Positions 48,401-55,795 of a stretch of DNA of 64,000 nucleotides are shown here, piece by piece. A model generated the notes under the pieces. That model ran no database searches. It was given only the letters and a program-made list of their open reading frames with translations, and was not told where the DNA came from. The first letter of the stretch is position 1, and each line of letters opens with the position of its first letter. Origin of the DNA: an uncultured Spirochaetales bacterium (GTDB lineage Bacteria > UBP6 > UBA1177 > JAKLFG01); the NCBI GenBank assembly GCA_964415795.1, contig CAYQBN010000007.1, positions 14,546 through 78,545 of the forward strand. Reading direction: 5' to 3'. Made by a program: the position numbers and the translations under genes.

Positions 48401-49270
48401 AGTCTCGCGGAGGATCTCCTCGGCAGCACCGGAGGGCGTTATCGAAACGACCGCCACGGCCGGCGGGTTCTTCGTCTTGAACAGCACCACGACCTCTTTG
48501 GGCAGAAAACCACCGCTCGCGGTGGCAACCGGCGTGCGTATCGCCGTGGTGAGCGTGAGGCGTACGAGACGCGAGTAGCCGAAGGGAGCCGCCGGTGTGA
48601 TTGTGAGGATCGTATGGTCCTCGTTCCAAACGAGGCCGTCCTCCGCAGCAAGATCAACCGCCACCGCCGGATCGGCGGTCACATCTTCCACGATGAGACT
48701 TTCTCCCGCGACGACCGACGCCGGATCGACCGGATGGCTGAACACCACGCGGATCTCTCGGTACACGGAGGTATCCCACGCACCGGCCGAAGGAGTGGTA
48801 TGGACTACCATGAGGTCATCGGGATCTATCGTCCGGAAGGTCGCCCGCACCTCAACGGCCAGCTCGCCTCCTTCCGAAGAATCGGTATCAGCCTTGCGGA
48901 TATGTTTGGTGAGAACCATCCGGTAGGTGGTCGAGTAGCCGAAGGGAGAAGCCGGCGTAAAGGTCGCCGACTTTGTCGCCTCGTCATACGCGATCGTTCC
49001 CTCTACTTTGACGGGATTCTCGGGATCGGCGATATTCTCGATAAAAAAACCCTCTCCGTCGGTAACGGTCTCAGGGACTATCTTTTCCGAGAAGACCGCC
49101 GTCACTTTTGTGTCAAGTGCGACCTCGGCACTCCCATCATTGGGAGAGAGATACACCACCCGAAGCGGGTTATCGGCAACCACGACGAAATCCTTGTCGC
49201 CGCACCCGCCGACGAACAGCGTCGCCAGAACGGCAACTACCAGCAGAAGCGCACACGAGAGCGTTTTCAT
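42416..49270 (-). CDS. giant cell-surface lipoprotein (2284 aa) built of many bacterial Ig-like (SbsA/Big-type) domains
   Basis: Lipobox signal MKTLSCALLLVVAVLATLFVGGC|GD. There are repeated modules of about 100 aa with the P.DG...V.....V...FSE.I......T pattern, for example SPNDGSAEVALDTKVTAVFSEKIVPETV. It is Thr/Val/Asp-rich, has no enzymatic motifs, and ends at a rho-independent terminator. Confidence 0.8.
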   Translation of the reverse strand: MKTLSCALLLVVAVLATLFVGGCGDKDFVVVADNPLRVVYLSPNDGSAEVALDTKVTAVFSEKIVPETVTDGEGFFIENIADPENPVKVEGTIAYDEATKSATFTPASPFGYSTTYRMVLTKHIRKADTDSSEGGELAVEVRATFRTIDPDDLMVVHTTPSAGAWDTSVYREIRVVFSHPVDPASVVAGESLIVEDVTADPAVAVDLAAEDGLVWNEDHTILTITPAAPFGYSRLVRLTLTTAIRTPVATASGGFLPKEVVVLFKTKNPPAVAVVSITPSGAAEEILRETAPDSGDATSFVITFSEGVKQREIDVDGDGEIAADEGGALLIEDVTEGEDNAVAIPCTVEWLDNGGDPAGDAGDTIHWDDRYLTGADTTIRVTPLSVIDYSRLIRITLRGDDQTVHPLTGLVVSDRVTDGGGQLPVTLTYLFRMQDPLVLSIVSATTGSGILPMPRTDTLVFTFSEGVAQDTVIPEETIIVEDVTGLADPLHDPAHGPIVGSVSFNADDAPLGTSLIGDDNVVTFTLAEPLPYGTVVRVVWPGSDDPTANVVKSDRATDRGGQLPITTTYLFESETTPDLIVTGTFPGDGEKGKPIDGSITINFNRAVDCTTLVLGTTVTLAFDTTDPEVPGAAIPATITPACAEGDTSITIVPDTPIKYSRDVVVTLTDAVATPEAKLVNEHADPLMGHLRGGYTFRYSTMDPPPLGVVTIGTGSGHFTIPRTDTIIVGFSEGIRQSSAVLGETVIVEDVTGLADPLNDPAHGPIAGTLTYNADDAPVNAELIGDDIFMTFTPETPYQYGTLIRVTIPGSDDPTANVVKSDRATVRGGQHSLETKFLIEVERLEELRVIATSPAHDNRDVPHTATQITVTFNYAPDCTTINDQNIFVTYDDGTFVTDPVAPGDPVGGSWDCIPGNATVTFTADAEFGYGRDFLVYLTSDVRDERAAGGAVNPNDPTQGYLVPPFAFGFGTEHLDKLFVVSSNAAGSSAFDPDLPIIITFNQPAACATITDATLFVNKGTTSDPNQKLAATITCADPASVTIQIAPDDADCDPEALCYDTDYTVTIDGGADGVCSPDKTPGDTSDDGCIASPAYTFSFHTAKQGEFVAFIYPPNGANGVPLDVMPTVTFSAPVNTASVESDLGADADGIVPNICLLPGVQYDCSDPLAVEIDLQWTAGETVATLKPKSTLMPDSDYTVVVSRDIQDIDGRTLTGFYTSTFHTGTAGLLLYVVVNNSDDLDALTIDAYFREDVDVASVNGGTFYVTYENEFGGTTVVPGTITWNIGCDTSTNAGCTVATFTPDIYALYSCGEKSGDPQFSLPLNTEFTVHVSTYIRNANWNDNPLHVEAMSGGDEFLHTFSTPPSIAILSVKYRNAVVGLTNLSGADEVPVNAEFVISFREKIDPTSANGDTLLLEDDRGIDGAVTAASSQFAVAKRGTFLLGRDEGKMIEIFGTEENDGLYLIETVIDDRTVTLSGVTFSASVTDLNWARYWNPADLTITVENEDTEIHVTHAKELIHHSDYLGFHASVTAGSNVVTIPTTSDNYRVATYRDLGKYLFLYGLQSGNTRRVLITGVNEAANTLTTDTTFAVGESDIRWRITDDRDYHRLIIKGRTYRNTSIFLRAANGNPFAGISRYLFYTSPETHLRFSPDAPATNVLENPLIISSRALYRDSLTHETIYLVQGSEINSALFAVNSSQPLSFMVIPMPALVNGAVDATLSVTSGVWDYRGNPVIAASKTWGDIGNAPATTAITPNGTLNISPADGSVVRGDQHFTIKWPDGGSNHRYSMAPASINEYSVYLDQINKSGTNGTVVAGSPSFTVGTAGTFAAGDEGKVIETYGSGTAGNNGRRTIVTVVDETHAILDRPFAADQSGLSWRLIDQVPFTLYFVPEQSGNIAEIYPTRFLRAGAGDVRLTIRKNQIANIYTIASTDPDDVRNYTVETTVPTVAGALGQDEAGAWISLAGATGIASWTMLMVSFNEPVDPASFVMGSTVTLTDTDGTAIGATISVTNTLVVIRPNAPLVSYGNPYTLTMDGITDTAGNALAAPYSVSFEVEETPPVIVSVSPANFAAGVSVNATVRIAASEPLGVATITRSTTSSDGSFRVTRDTPPACGADAEDDVFGCLALDYSYRRITFVPLPNDLHDETVYTLTVAGTVADLAGNMLGADFTSAFDTVGGDDLGPVPLCADIDLAGGQVIDLYFSEAIDMLTADETTIFIYEVETGVVLAGAFTLETVDGYPVVRFTATSTFAPGVRYGVVVTKGVHGTDGNPLVEELRTFFTGTL
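46790..48010 (-). repeat. near-identical intragenic tandem duplication (801-nt period, core of about 400 nt) inside the giant Ig-like gene
   Basis: A DNA stretch of at least 35 nt (tccgatttcacgacattcgccgtcggatcgtcgga) recurs exactly at 46810-46845 and 47611-47646. The protein copies read ...IVEDVTGLADPLHDPAHGPI...PGSDDPTANVVKSDRATDRGGQ and ...IVEDVTGLADPLNDPAHGPI...PGSDDPTANVVKSDRATVRGGQ, spaced 267 aa apart. Confidence 0.6.
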
Positions 49271-49287
49271 CGGAACCTCCCTCTATC

Positions 49288-50076
49288 TTAGTATGTGTAC
49301 TTGTATCCCACGAGCACCATCGCTCCCCCGATATCGCCGACCTCTTTGTTGAGGTGCGGGTAATCGAAATCGAGGAAGAAACCGGAGTGACGATACTCGA
49401 CCGTGACGCCGCCCCATGGCAGGAATCGGAACTCGAGGCCGGCATACACCACATAGCCGAAGGCGACATCCTCGGCAAAGGTGTTACCGCCGAAGAGGTC
49501 ACCGTTCGAACGCGCCCAGACAGTAGAGAAACCGACGCCTCCGATGAACACGAGCCACTGGAGCGGCTTATCTATCTCCACGGCGGCACCCACGGTAACA
49601 GGTACCGAGTCTATGACCCACGAGTAGTCATACAGCCCTATCTGCGGGTCAACCTGCGTCCCTTCTCCCGAAAGGCGGTACCATGCGGCGTCAACGCCCA
49701 CGGTGAACCACGGGTTCATCCACGGGAGAATGTAACGGACATCGAGGTGGGCGCCGAAACCGGGATTCACCCGGGCGATGGGCGCCGTCATATCGGCCTT
49801 GACCGCGACACTGACATAGTGAAGCGACGGTTGTTGCGACTCTTTGTCTTTTTTGACATTATCCTCTTCTCCCCCTTTTTTCTCTTTCTTCTCTTCTGCC
49901 AGCGGAGCAGCAGGAAGGGCGGTCGCGGGGGGTTCCTGCGGGCTTACCTCGCTCCCCGTTGCCGGGGCCACCCCGGAAGAGTCACTACTGGGCCCCGCCT
50001 CGGTCGTACTCTCTTGAGCAACCACGAAGAGCGGAATGACGAGAAATGACAGGAACGATAGCCTTCTCATCTGCAC
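49288..50076 (-). CDS. outer-membrane beta-barrel protein (OmpW/OmpA-like small barrel)
   Basis: Signal peptide MQMRRLSFLSFLVIPLFVVAQE, then an acidic/K-rich linker, alternating strands and a C-terminal ...VLVGYKYTY. Confidence 0.55.
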   Translation of the reverse strand: MQMRRLSFLSFLVIPLFVVAQESTTEAGPSSDSSGVAPATGSEVSPQEPPATALPAAPLAEEKKEKKGGEEDNVKKDKESQQPSLHYVSVAVKADMTAPIARVNPGFGAHLDVRYILPWMNPWFTVGVDAAWYRLSGEGTQVDPQIGLYDYSWVIDSVPVTVGAAVEIDKPLQWLVFIGGVGFSTVWARSNGDLFGGNTFAEDVAFGYVVYAGLEFRFLPWGGVTVEYRHSGFFLDFDYPHLNKEVGDIGGAMVLVGYKYTY

Positions 50077-50082
50077 CTCCCC

Positions 50083-50826
50083 TCACTGCGCTGTTGTCGA
50101 GAAACGGATTATCACATCATCTCCGAGCGGAATGCCCCCCTTGTCGGTGATGGTACCCGCCACGAAGATCGTGTAGGTGTGGAGAGGAAGCAAGGGGCGA
50201 TCCATCGTGAATCGAGCGGTCAGAGTATCCTCATCGTAGGAAACGCTACCGTCCGTGTCGCTCACGAGGAAGGTGGCCGGCGTGATGGTCGCTGCAGCCA
50301 TCGGCTCAGAGAAGACGACCTCTATGACCGAGAGATCGGGTGCTACCGTTTCTCCGTCCGCAGGAGCCGAAGAAACAACTGCGGGTGGCGTCGCACGAAT
50401 CGAGAAAGTAGAAACGAACAGTGTGTCCACGCCCCCGAGATCGAGGGGGATACCATCCTGGTCCTGTATTTGGCGTGTCACCTCCACGGTATAGGTCTTC
50501 CCCTCCCCAAACGCCGATGACGGGGTCGCCGTTGCCGAAAGTGCATCTTCCGAGACCGCCACGCTCGCCGCCACCTCCCGTCCCTCCGCGTCCTGAATGC
50601 GGAGCGAATAGGGAGTCACCGTCGTCGGATCAATGGGCCTCGTAAAAGTGACCGTCACCACCGCGTCGGATACGACATCAACGGCACCGTCAGCCGGCAC
50701 CACCTCCGCGATCTGGGGAGCCACCGGATTCTCTTCGCCGGTCGGCGAATAGGGCGGCACACAGGCGATCAAAAAAAGAGAGAGCACTAACCACACCATA
50801 CGGATCATAGCCTTTTTCCTCTTCAT
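50083..50826 (-). CDS. Ig-like domain lipoprotein (two SbsA_Ig-type domains)
   Basis: Lipobox MVWLVLSLFLIAC|VPP. Two modules match the Ig-like pattern (VVPADGAVDVVSDAVVTVTFTRPIDPTTV and VVSSAPADGETVAPDLSVIEVVFSEPMAAATI). Confidence 0.6.
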   Translation of the reverse strand: MKRKKAMIRMVWLVLSLFLIACVPPYSPTGEENPVAPQIAEVVPADGAVDVVSDAVVTVTFTRPIDPTTVTPYSLRIQDAEGREVAASVAVSEDALSATATPSSAFGEGKTYTVEVTRQIQDQDGIPLDLGGVDTLFVSTFSIRATPPAVVSSAPADGETVAPDLSVIEVVFSEPMAAATITPATFLVSDTDGSVSYDEDTLTARFTMDRPLLPLHTYTIFVAGTITDKGGIPLGDDVIIRFSTTAQ

Positions 50827-51007
50827 GGAACACCTCCCTCGAGGTCCTTCGCTGAAGAAATGAATACTCTCAATTGTAGGACGTTTCCAGAAAAAAAAAA
50901 GTTCCCTACTCCCTCGTCAAGGACCCGTCGGGAACTTTTCCTTTACTCTCTTCGTCTTATGGGCGTGACGAGTAACCGCCGATAAGGAAAAGAAAAAGGA
51001 GGATGCC

Positions 51008-51460
51008 ATGAAAAGGATCGTCGTGCTTGTGGGGATCGTAGTGTTCATGTTGTCGCTCGGTCTTAAAGCTCAGGAAACGACCGAGCCGGTGAAGGAGCAG
51101 AAGAAGGTTGAAGAAAAACAGAAGGAAGAGACCAAGAACGCTGGCGAGGAACAGCAGCTCCGCGAGCGGGAACGGGTGCGCGAGCATCTAGGGACCGGCG
51201 AAGGGAAAGCCCCCGGGGATGAGAAAGCCATGGCCCGCGATCAGAAAGAGGAAAAGAAGGCTCTCAAAGAGGAACAAAAGGAACAGAAGCGCGAGATGAA
51301 GCAGGAACAGAAAGATGCCAAGAAGGAAATGAAAGAGGAGATGAAGGAAGAGAAGAAGGAGATGAAAAAAGAACAGAAAAAAGAGTGCAATGAACTGAAA
51401 AAACAGCAAAAGAAGGAACACAAGAAGGATTCCGACAAAGGTTCCTCCGAAGGGAAATAA
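51008..51460 (+). CDS. small secreted K/E-rich LTXXQ (Spy/CpxP-like) family protein
   Basis: Signal peptide MKRIVVLVGIVVFMLSLGLKA|QE, then about 125 aa of KEEQKEQKREMKQEQKDAKKEMKEEMKEEKKEMKKEQKKEC... It is a paralogue of the 24018 protein. An AAGGAGG RBS precedes the ATG. Confidence 0.4.
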   Translation: MKRIVVLVGIVVFMLSLGLKAQETTEPVKEQKKVEEKQKEETKNAGEEQQLRERERVREHLGTGEGKAPGDEKAMARDQKEEKKALKEEQKEQKREMKQEQKDAKKEMKEEMKEEKKEMKKEQKKECNELKKQQKKEHKKDSDKGSSEGK

Positions 51461-51488
51461 GCCTTACCTTTTTCCCATCATCCTCTCA

Positions 51489-51517
51489 GTTGACAAATCT
51501 TCCGTGACTCCCTAGAA
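51489..51517 (+). promoter_or_regulatory. candidate sigma70-type promoter for glyA (TTGACA-17-TAGAAT)
   Basis: TTGACA at 51489-51494, a 17-nt spacer, and TAGAAT at 51512-51517. The RBS CAGGAGG lies 8 nt before the glyA ATG. Confidence 0.45.
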
Positions 51518-51559
51518 TCGTTTTTCGTAACAAGAGTACCATAAACAGGAGGAATTCCC

Positions 51560-52849
51560 ATGCTCGATCTCAAGTACATCCCGCAAGTTGACCCCGAAGT
51601 CGCAAAGATCCTCGAAGAGGAGGCAGAGCGGCAGGAATACGGTCTCGAACTCATCGCGAGCGAGAACTTCACCTCGCGTGCCGTCATGGAGGCGCAAGGC
51701 TCCATTATGACCAACAAGTACGCCGAGGGATATCCGGCGAAGCGCTACTATGGCGGATGCGAGGTGGTGGACAAGGTCGAGAGGTTGGCGCAACAACGGG
51801 CGTGCGAACTCTTCGGCGCCGAATACGCCAATGTCCAGCCCCATAGCGGCACACAGGCGAACATGGGAGTCTATTTCGCCGCGCTCAAGCCGGGCGACAC
51901 CATCCTCGCGATGAACCTCGACCACGGCGGTCATCTTTCCCACGGAAGCCCTGCCAACTTTTCCGGGAAACTCTACAAGATCGTCCCCTATGGCGTTTCA
52001 AAAGAAACGGGACGCATAGATTACGATGAACTGGAGCGGTTGGCCGTTGAACACAAGCCGCAGATGATTGTTGCCGGTGCTTCAGCGTATCCCCGTATCC
52101 TCGATTTTCCACGGTTCCGCGCCATCGCCGACAAGGTGGGAGCGCTCCTTTGCGTCGACATGGCCCACATCGCGGGACTTGTCGCCGCAGGACTTCACCC
52201 ATCACCGGTCCCCTATGCCGATTTTGTGACAACGACCACCCACAAGACGCTCCGCGGCCCACGCGCCGGGCTTATCCTTGCGAAGAAACAACACGAAAAG
52301 GCGCTCAACTCGGCCGTCTTCCCCGGCATGCAAGGCGGTCCGCTCATGCATGTCATCGCCGCCAAGGCGGTTTGCCTCAAGGAAGCGATGAGCCCCGCGT
52401 TTAAGGCCTATCAAGCCCAAGTTGTGAAAAATGCCGCGGCTATGGCCGACGAGTTCAAGAAACTCGGCTACAACCTCGTATCGGGCGGAACCGACAACCA
52501 TCTCATGCTCGTCGATCTGCGGAGCAAGGGACGAACTGGCAAGGTGGTACAGACGGTGCTCGACCTCGCGCACATCACGCTCAACCGTAACATGGTTCCC
52601 TTCGACACCGAAAGCCCCTTCGTAACAAGCGGTATTCGCGTTGGCTCGCCGTTTATTACGACGCGCGGCCTGAAGGAAGAAGAAGCACGGCACGTCATAC
52701 GCCTCGTAGACAAGGTCATTTCAGCGATTAAAACCAACGACATACCGAAGACCGGCGTTGACGAAACGGTCGTTCCCAAGGCGGTACTCAATGAAGTTGC
52801 CGCCGAGGTAAGGAAGATCTGCGACCGGTTCCCACTCATACGGAAGTGA
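51560..52849 (+). CDS. glyA: serine hydroxymethyltransferase
   Basis: 429 aa. The PLP-lysine motif [15 protein letters not shown] and overall SHMT conservation are present. Confidence 0.95.
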   Translation: MLDLKYIPQVDPEVAKILEEEAERQEYGLELIASENFTSRAVMEAQGSIMTNKYAEGYPAKRYYGGCEVVDKVERLAQQRACELFGAEYANVQPHSGTQANMGVYFAALKPGDTILAMNLDHGGHLSHGSPANFSGKLYKIVPYGVSKETGRIDYDELERLAVEHKPQMIVAGASAYPRILDFPRFRAIADKVGALLCVDMAHIAGLVAAGLHPSPVPYADFVTTTTHKTLRGPRAGLILAKKQHEKALNSAVFPGMQGGPLMHVIAAKAVCLKEAMSPAFKAYQAQVVKNAAAMADEFKKLGYNLVSGGTDNHLMLVDLRSKGRTGKVVQTVLDLAHITLNRNMVPFDTESPFVTSGIRVGSPFITTRGLKEEEARHVIRLVDKVISAIKTNDIPKTGVDETVVPKAVLNEVAAEVRKICDRFPLIRK

Positions 52850-53325
52850 CAATGTCTTCCATCTCCCGTCCTCCCCGTCCCTCGTGGGACGAATACTTCA
52901 TGGAGTTCGCGCGGCTCGCCGCGCGGCGTTCCTCATGCCTTCGACGCAGCGTCGGCGCAGTGCTCGTCTGTGACAAACGGGTTCTTGCTACCGGCTATAA
53001 CGGCGTTCCCAGCGGAATTACCCACTGTAGCGAGACCGGTTGTCTTCGCGAAAAACTCAAGGTGCCCTCGGGTGAACGACACGAACTCTGCCGTGGCCTT
53101 CATGCCGAGCAGAATGCCATCATACAAGCAGCACATCATGGGATCCGCATCGAAGGATCGGTCTTGTACTGCACCACCCACCCGTGTGTCATCTGTACCA
53201 AGATGCTCATTAACGCTGGCATCACCGAGATCGTCTATGCCGAAGGCTATGCCGATGAACTTTCCGCCGAAATGCTCAGAGAGTCAGGCCTTGTGCTCCG
53301 CAAGTACGAGGAGAAAGCCCCGTGA
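52846..53325 (+). CDS. dCMP deaminase (ComEB-like cytidine/deoxycytidylate deaminase)
   Basis: Zinc-binding motifs HAEQNAI and [14 protein letters not shown] are present. It overlaps the glyA stop by 4 nt. Confidence 0.85.
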   Translation: MTMSSISRPPRPSWDEYFMEFARLAARRSSCLRRSVGAVLVCDKRVLATGYNGVPSGITHCSETGCLREKLKVPSGERHELCRGLHAEQNAIIQAAHHGIRIEGSVLYCTTHPCVICTKMLINAGITEIVYAEGYADELSAEMLRESGLVLRKYEEKAP

Positions 53326-53780
53326 AGTGCCCCTTCTGCGGAAGTGACGAAGACAAAGTAATCGACAGCCGCGCCATCAAAGACTTTACCGAGATCCGCC
53401 GGCGCCGCGAATGTGTCATCTGCGGTCGCCGTTTCACCACTTATGAGCGGATAGAAGAGATGATGCCGCAGGTGGTGAAAAAAAACGATGTCCGTGAACC
53501 GTTCGACCGCAACAAAATCGTGAGGAGTCTCGAGATCGCCTGCCGCAAGCGGCCAGTCTCGCAGGAACAGATAGAAAACATCGTCAAAGAAATCGAGCGA
53601 AACATTCAGGAGCTCGACCGGCGTGAGGTTTCATCGCAGGTCATTGGCGAGTTCGTGATGCGCCATCTCCGCAAGGTAGACAAGGTCGCCTACATTCGCT
53701 TTGCGAGCGTTTACCGCGAATTCAAAGATGTAGACGAGTTCATCGATCACGTCCAGGAACTGGAGAAAGAAGAACACTGA
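53322..53780 (+). CDS. nrdR: transcriptional repressor NrdR
   Basis: N-terminal zinc ribbon [17 protein letters not shown]...[15 protein letters not shown] followed by an ATP-cone domain. It overlaps the deaminase stop by 4 nt. Confidence 0.9.
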   Translation: MKCPFCGSDEDKVIDSRAIKDFTEIRRRRECVICGRRFTTYERIEEMMPQVVKKNDVREPFDRNKIVRSLEIACRKRPVSQEQIENIVKEIERNIQELDRREVSSQVIGEFVMRHLRKVDKVAYIRFASVYREFKDVDEFIDHVQELEKEEH

Positions 53781-53792
53781 CTCGCTAAAAAC

Positions 53793-54790
53793 TCAGCGGG
53801 CACACCGGAAACCGTAAGAAACACCGGTATCATCTGCCGGTGCCCCGTAATGACCATAGGCAAGGAATTCGAACGCTTCGTTGTTTCCGACCATGAAAGA
53901 TCCGCCGCGCTGAACACGATTCGCCGGATGGGACACGTCAACCCATGCACTGCCGTCGGTCGGCGCACCTTCGTAGGTATCGTGCCAGTCGTCTTCGACC
54001 CACTCCCAGACATTTCCCGCCATGTCATAGAGACCGAACGGGCTTTTCCCCGCCTCTTTGCTGCCGACCGACATCGCGAAACCGCTGTCGCACCCCCAAT
54101 CGGAGTCACCCTCCATCACGACGGTATCACACGAAGGCCCCGGTGTATTGCCCCACGGGTACCACCGATCATCGGTCCCGCGCGCCGCGAATTCCCATTC
54201 AGCCTCGGAGGGAAGCCTCTTTCCCACCCATGCACAGTAAGCACGGGCACCATGCCAACTCACACAATTCGCCGGCATCGTATCGGACACCTCGGTGTTC
54301 CCGACCACACAGAAAGGATGTTCATCATCATAACCGACATAGCGGACCAAGGTTCCGGAATTCTTACATTCCCCTGCCGCCACGCAGGCTTCGAAATCCT
54401 TTTTGGTTACCTCATACACATCGATCTCGAAGGTTGCAACGGTTACCTCGTGACGCAATGTCGCATTGGCCTCGGCACAGTTGGGCATCGCTCCCTCTTC
54501 GCATCCCATCATGAAGGAAGCCCCTTCTATGAGGACCATGTTCTCGGCGGGCAGGATCGTTTCTGCGTCAGGCAGTTGGTCCTCATCCACTTCTTCATCT
54601 GCGATCTCACCATCGTCAGATATCACCACATCAGGGTATGTCGTATCTTGGTCCCGAGGTACTACCGGCGAATCGGTTCCATAGCGGACCCCCTTCGACA
54701 CATCGACCCCGCAATACACGCAATCGTCCTCCACGCAGCCGAAACAGAAAAGGAGGATCGTCGTTCCCATCAGTACCAACACATTCCGCA
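53793..54790 (-). CDS. formylglycine-generating-enzyme (FGE/SUMF1) domain lipoprotein
   Basis: Start at the ATG at 54790 (MRNVLVLMGTTILLFCFGC), which is a lipoprotein-type signal. The FGE-sulfatase domain motifs are CVSWHGARAYCAWVGKRLPSEAEWEFAARG...GNVWEWVEDDW...RVQRGGSF...GFRCAR. Confidence 0.75.
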
Positions 54791-54847
54791 TCGTTCCCTC
54801 CTTCTTCCTCACGTGACGGCACCACATCCAACCTCTATTACGATAGA

Positions 54848-55771
54848 TTATGCCTCTTCCTCCGGTTCCTTCGGTTCTTCCGGAGCCTTGTAGGGGCAAC
54901 AATTCCATGTCGAGAAGAGGGCCTCTAACGCCTCGGCATAGCCGTTGGCGGTGTAACAATCGACAAGGCCATAGTCCTGCCCCGGGGCACATCCGACGAG
55001 GTGATCGGTGGAGAAATCGCAATAGGACATTATGGTGTCGTACTTATCTTTGTCTCTTTCGTACTTCTTCTGGTCCCAATCGGCCGGCGGATACTGAGCC
55101 TCTATCTCCTCGTCGGTAGGCCACCCTTTATCGGGATACAGTGCCCCAAACCGAACCGAGGAACCGAATTGCGGAACGAGGTTAAATCGAAGCTTATTGG
55201 TACGGATCACATCTCCGCCGCCCTGTTTAATTCCTTCGGCTTGAACCGTTACGATGATCGGGTATGATCCCCAATCGAAGGTCGCGTTGTTCGCCGCGAA
55301 CAAAGCAAAGATCGACCGCAGATTGTCCGCCATTTCCCAAGTGAGTATCTGCACCATTCCCACCAGTTCCCCTTCCGCATTGTCCACCATCATCTCGGCG
55401 ATAACTTCGCGGCGTTCCCATACTCCTTCGTCGACGCCGGGGACCGGGGGAAGTTCGTACCAAAGGATCATCTTCTTGAGGAGCCAGTAGTTCGCTTCCG
55501 CCGTATCGTATGTGGATCCCTCCACGCCCTGCCCCGTCTGCATCGATGTTACCATCTCATTGACGATCTGGAAAGGAAGCCAGTATTCGTTGGTAAAATA
55601 GACATCGACATAGCCGGTGCTATATGCCTCGGAAGTACCGGTACTTATTTTGCAACCCGCATCCTCTGTCCACGGAATGAACTTTTTCAAGAATACCGAC
55701 TGTTCGCTGTTGGCACAGGCAACGACACCTGCCGCCATCAGCACGAGGATGACCCACTTCATGCCTTTCAT
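54848..55771 (-). CDS. hypothetical lipoprotein
   Basis: Lipobox MKGMKWVILVLMAAGVVAC|AN. 307 aa with no recognisable motif. It lies between pilQ and the FGE-domain gene on the same strand. Confidence 0.45.
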   Translation of the reverse strand: MKGMKWVILVLMAAGVVACANSEQSVFLKKFIPWTEDAGCKISTGTSEAYSTGYVDVYFTNEYWLPFQIVNEMVTSMQTGQGVEGSTYDTAEANYWLLKKMILWYELPPVPGVDEGVWERREVIAEMMVDNAEGELVGMVQILTWEMADNLRSIFALFAANNATFDWGSYPIIVTVQAEGIKQGGGDVIRTNKLRFNLVPQFGSSVRFGALYPDKGWPTDEEIEAQYPPADWDQKKYERDKDKYDTIMSYCDFSTDHLVGCAPGQDYGLVDCYTANGYAEALEALFSTWNCCPYKAPEEPKEPEEEA

Positions 55772-55795
55772 GGCTCGCTCTCCCCTATATTCTCT

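Noticed and set aside
43865-49291. 1301-aa and 501-aa plus-strand ORFs
   Set aside because: Antisense to the giant Ig-like gene. They are extremely Arg/Gly/Val-rich, and the real gene has a lipobox, a terminator and a consistent domain structure.
50880-50945. A10 run plus imperfect inverted repeat (GTTCCC...GGGAAC) between divergent genes
   Set aside because: The stem is only 6 bp with a loop of about 23 nt. It is more likely part of divergent promoters than a structured element.
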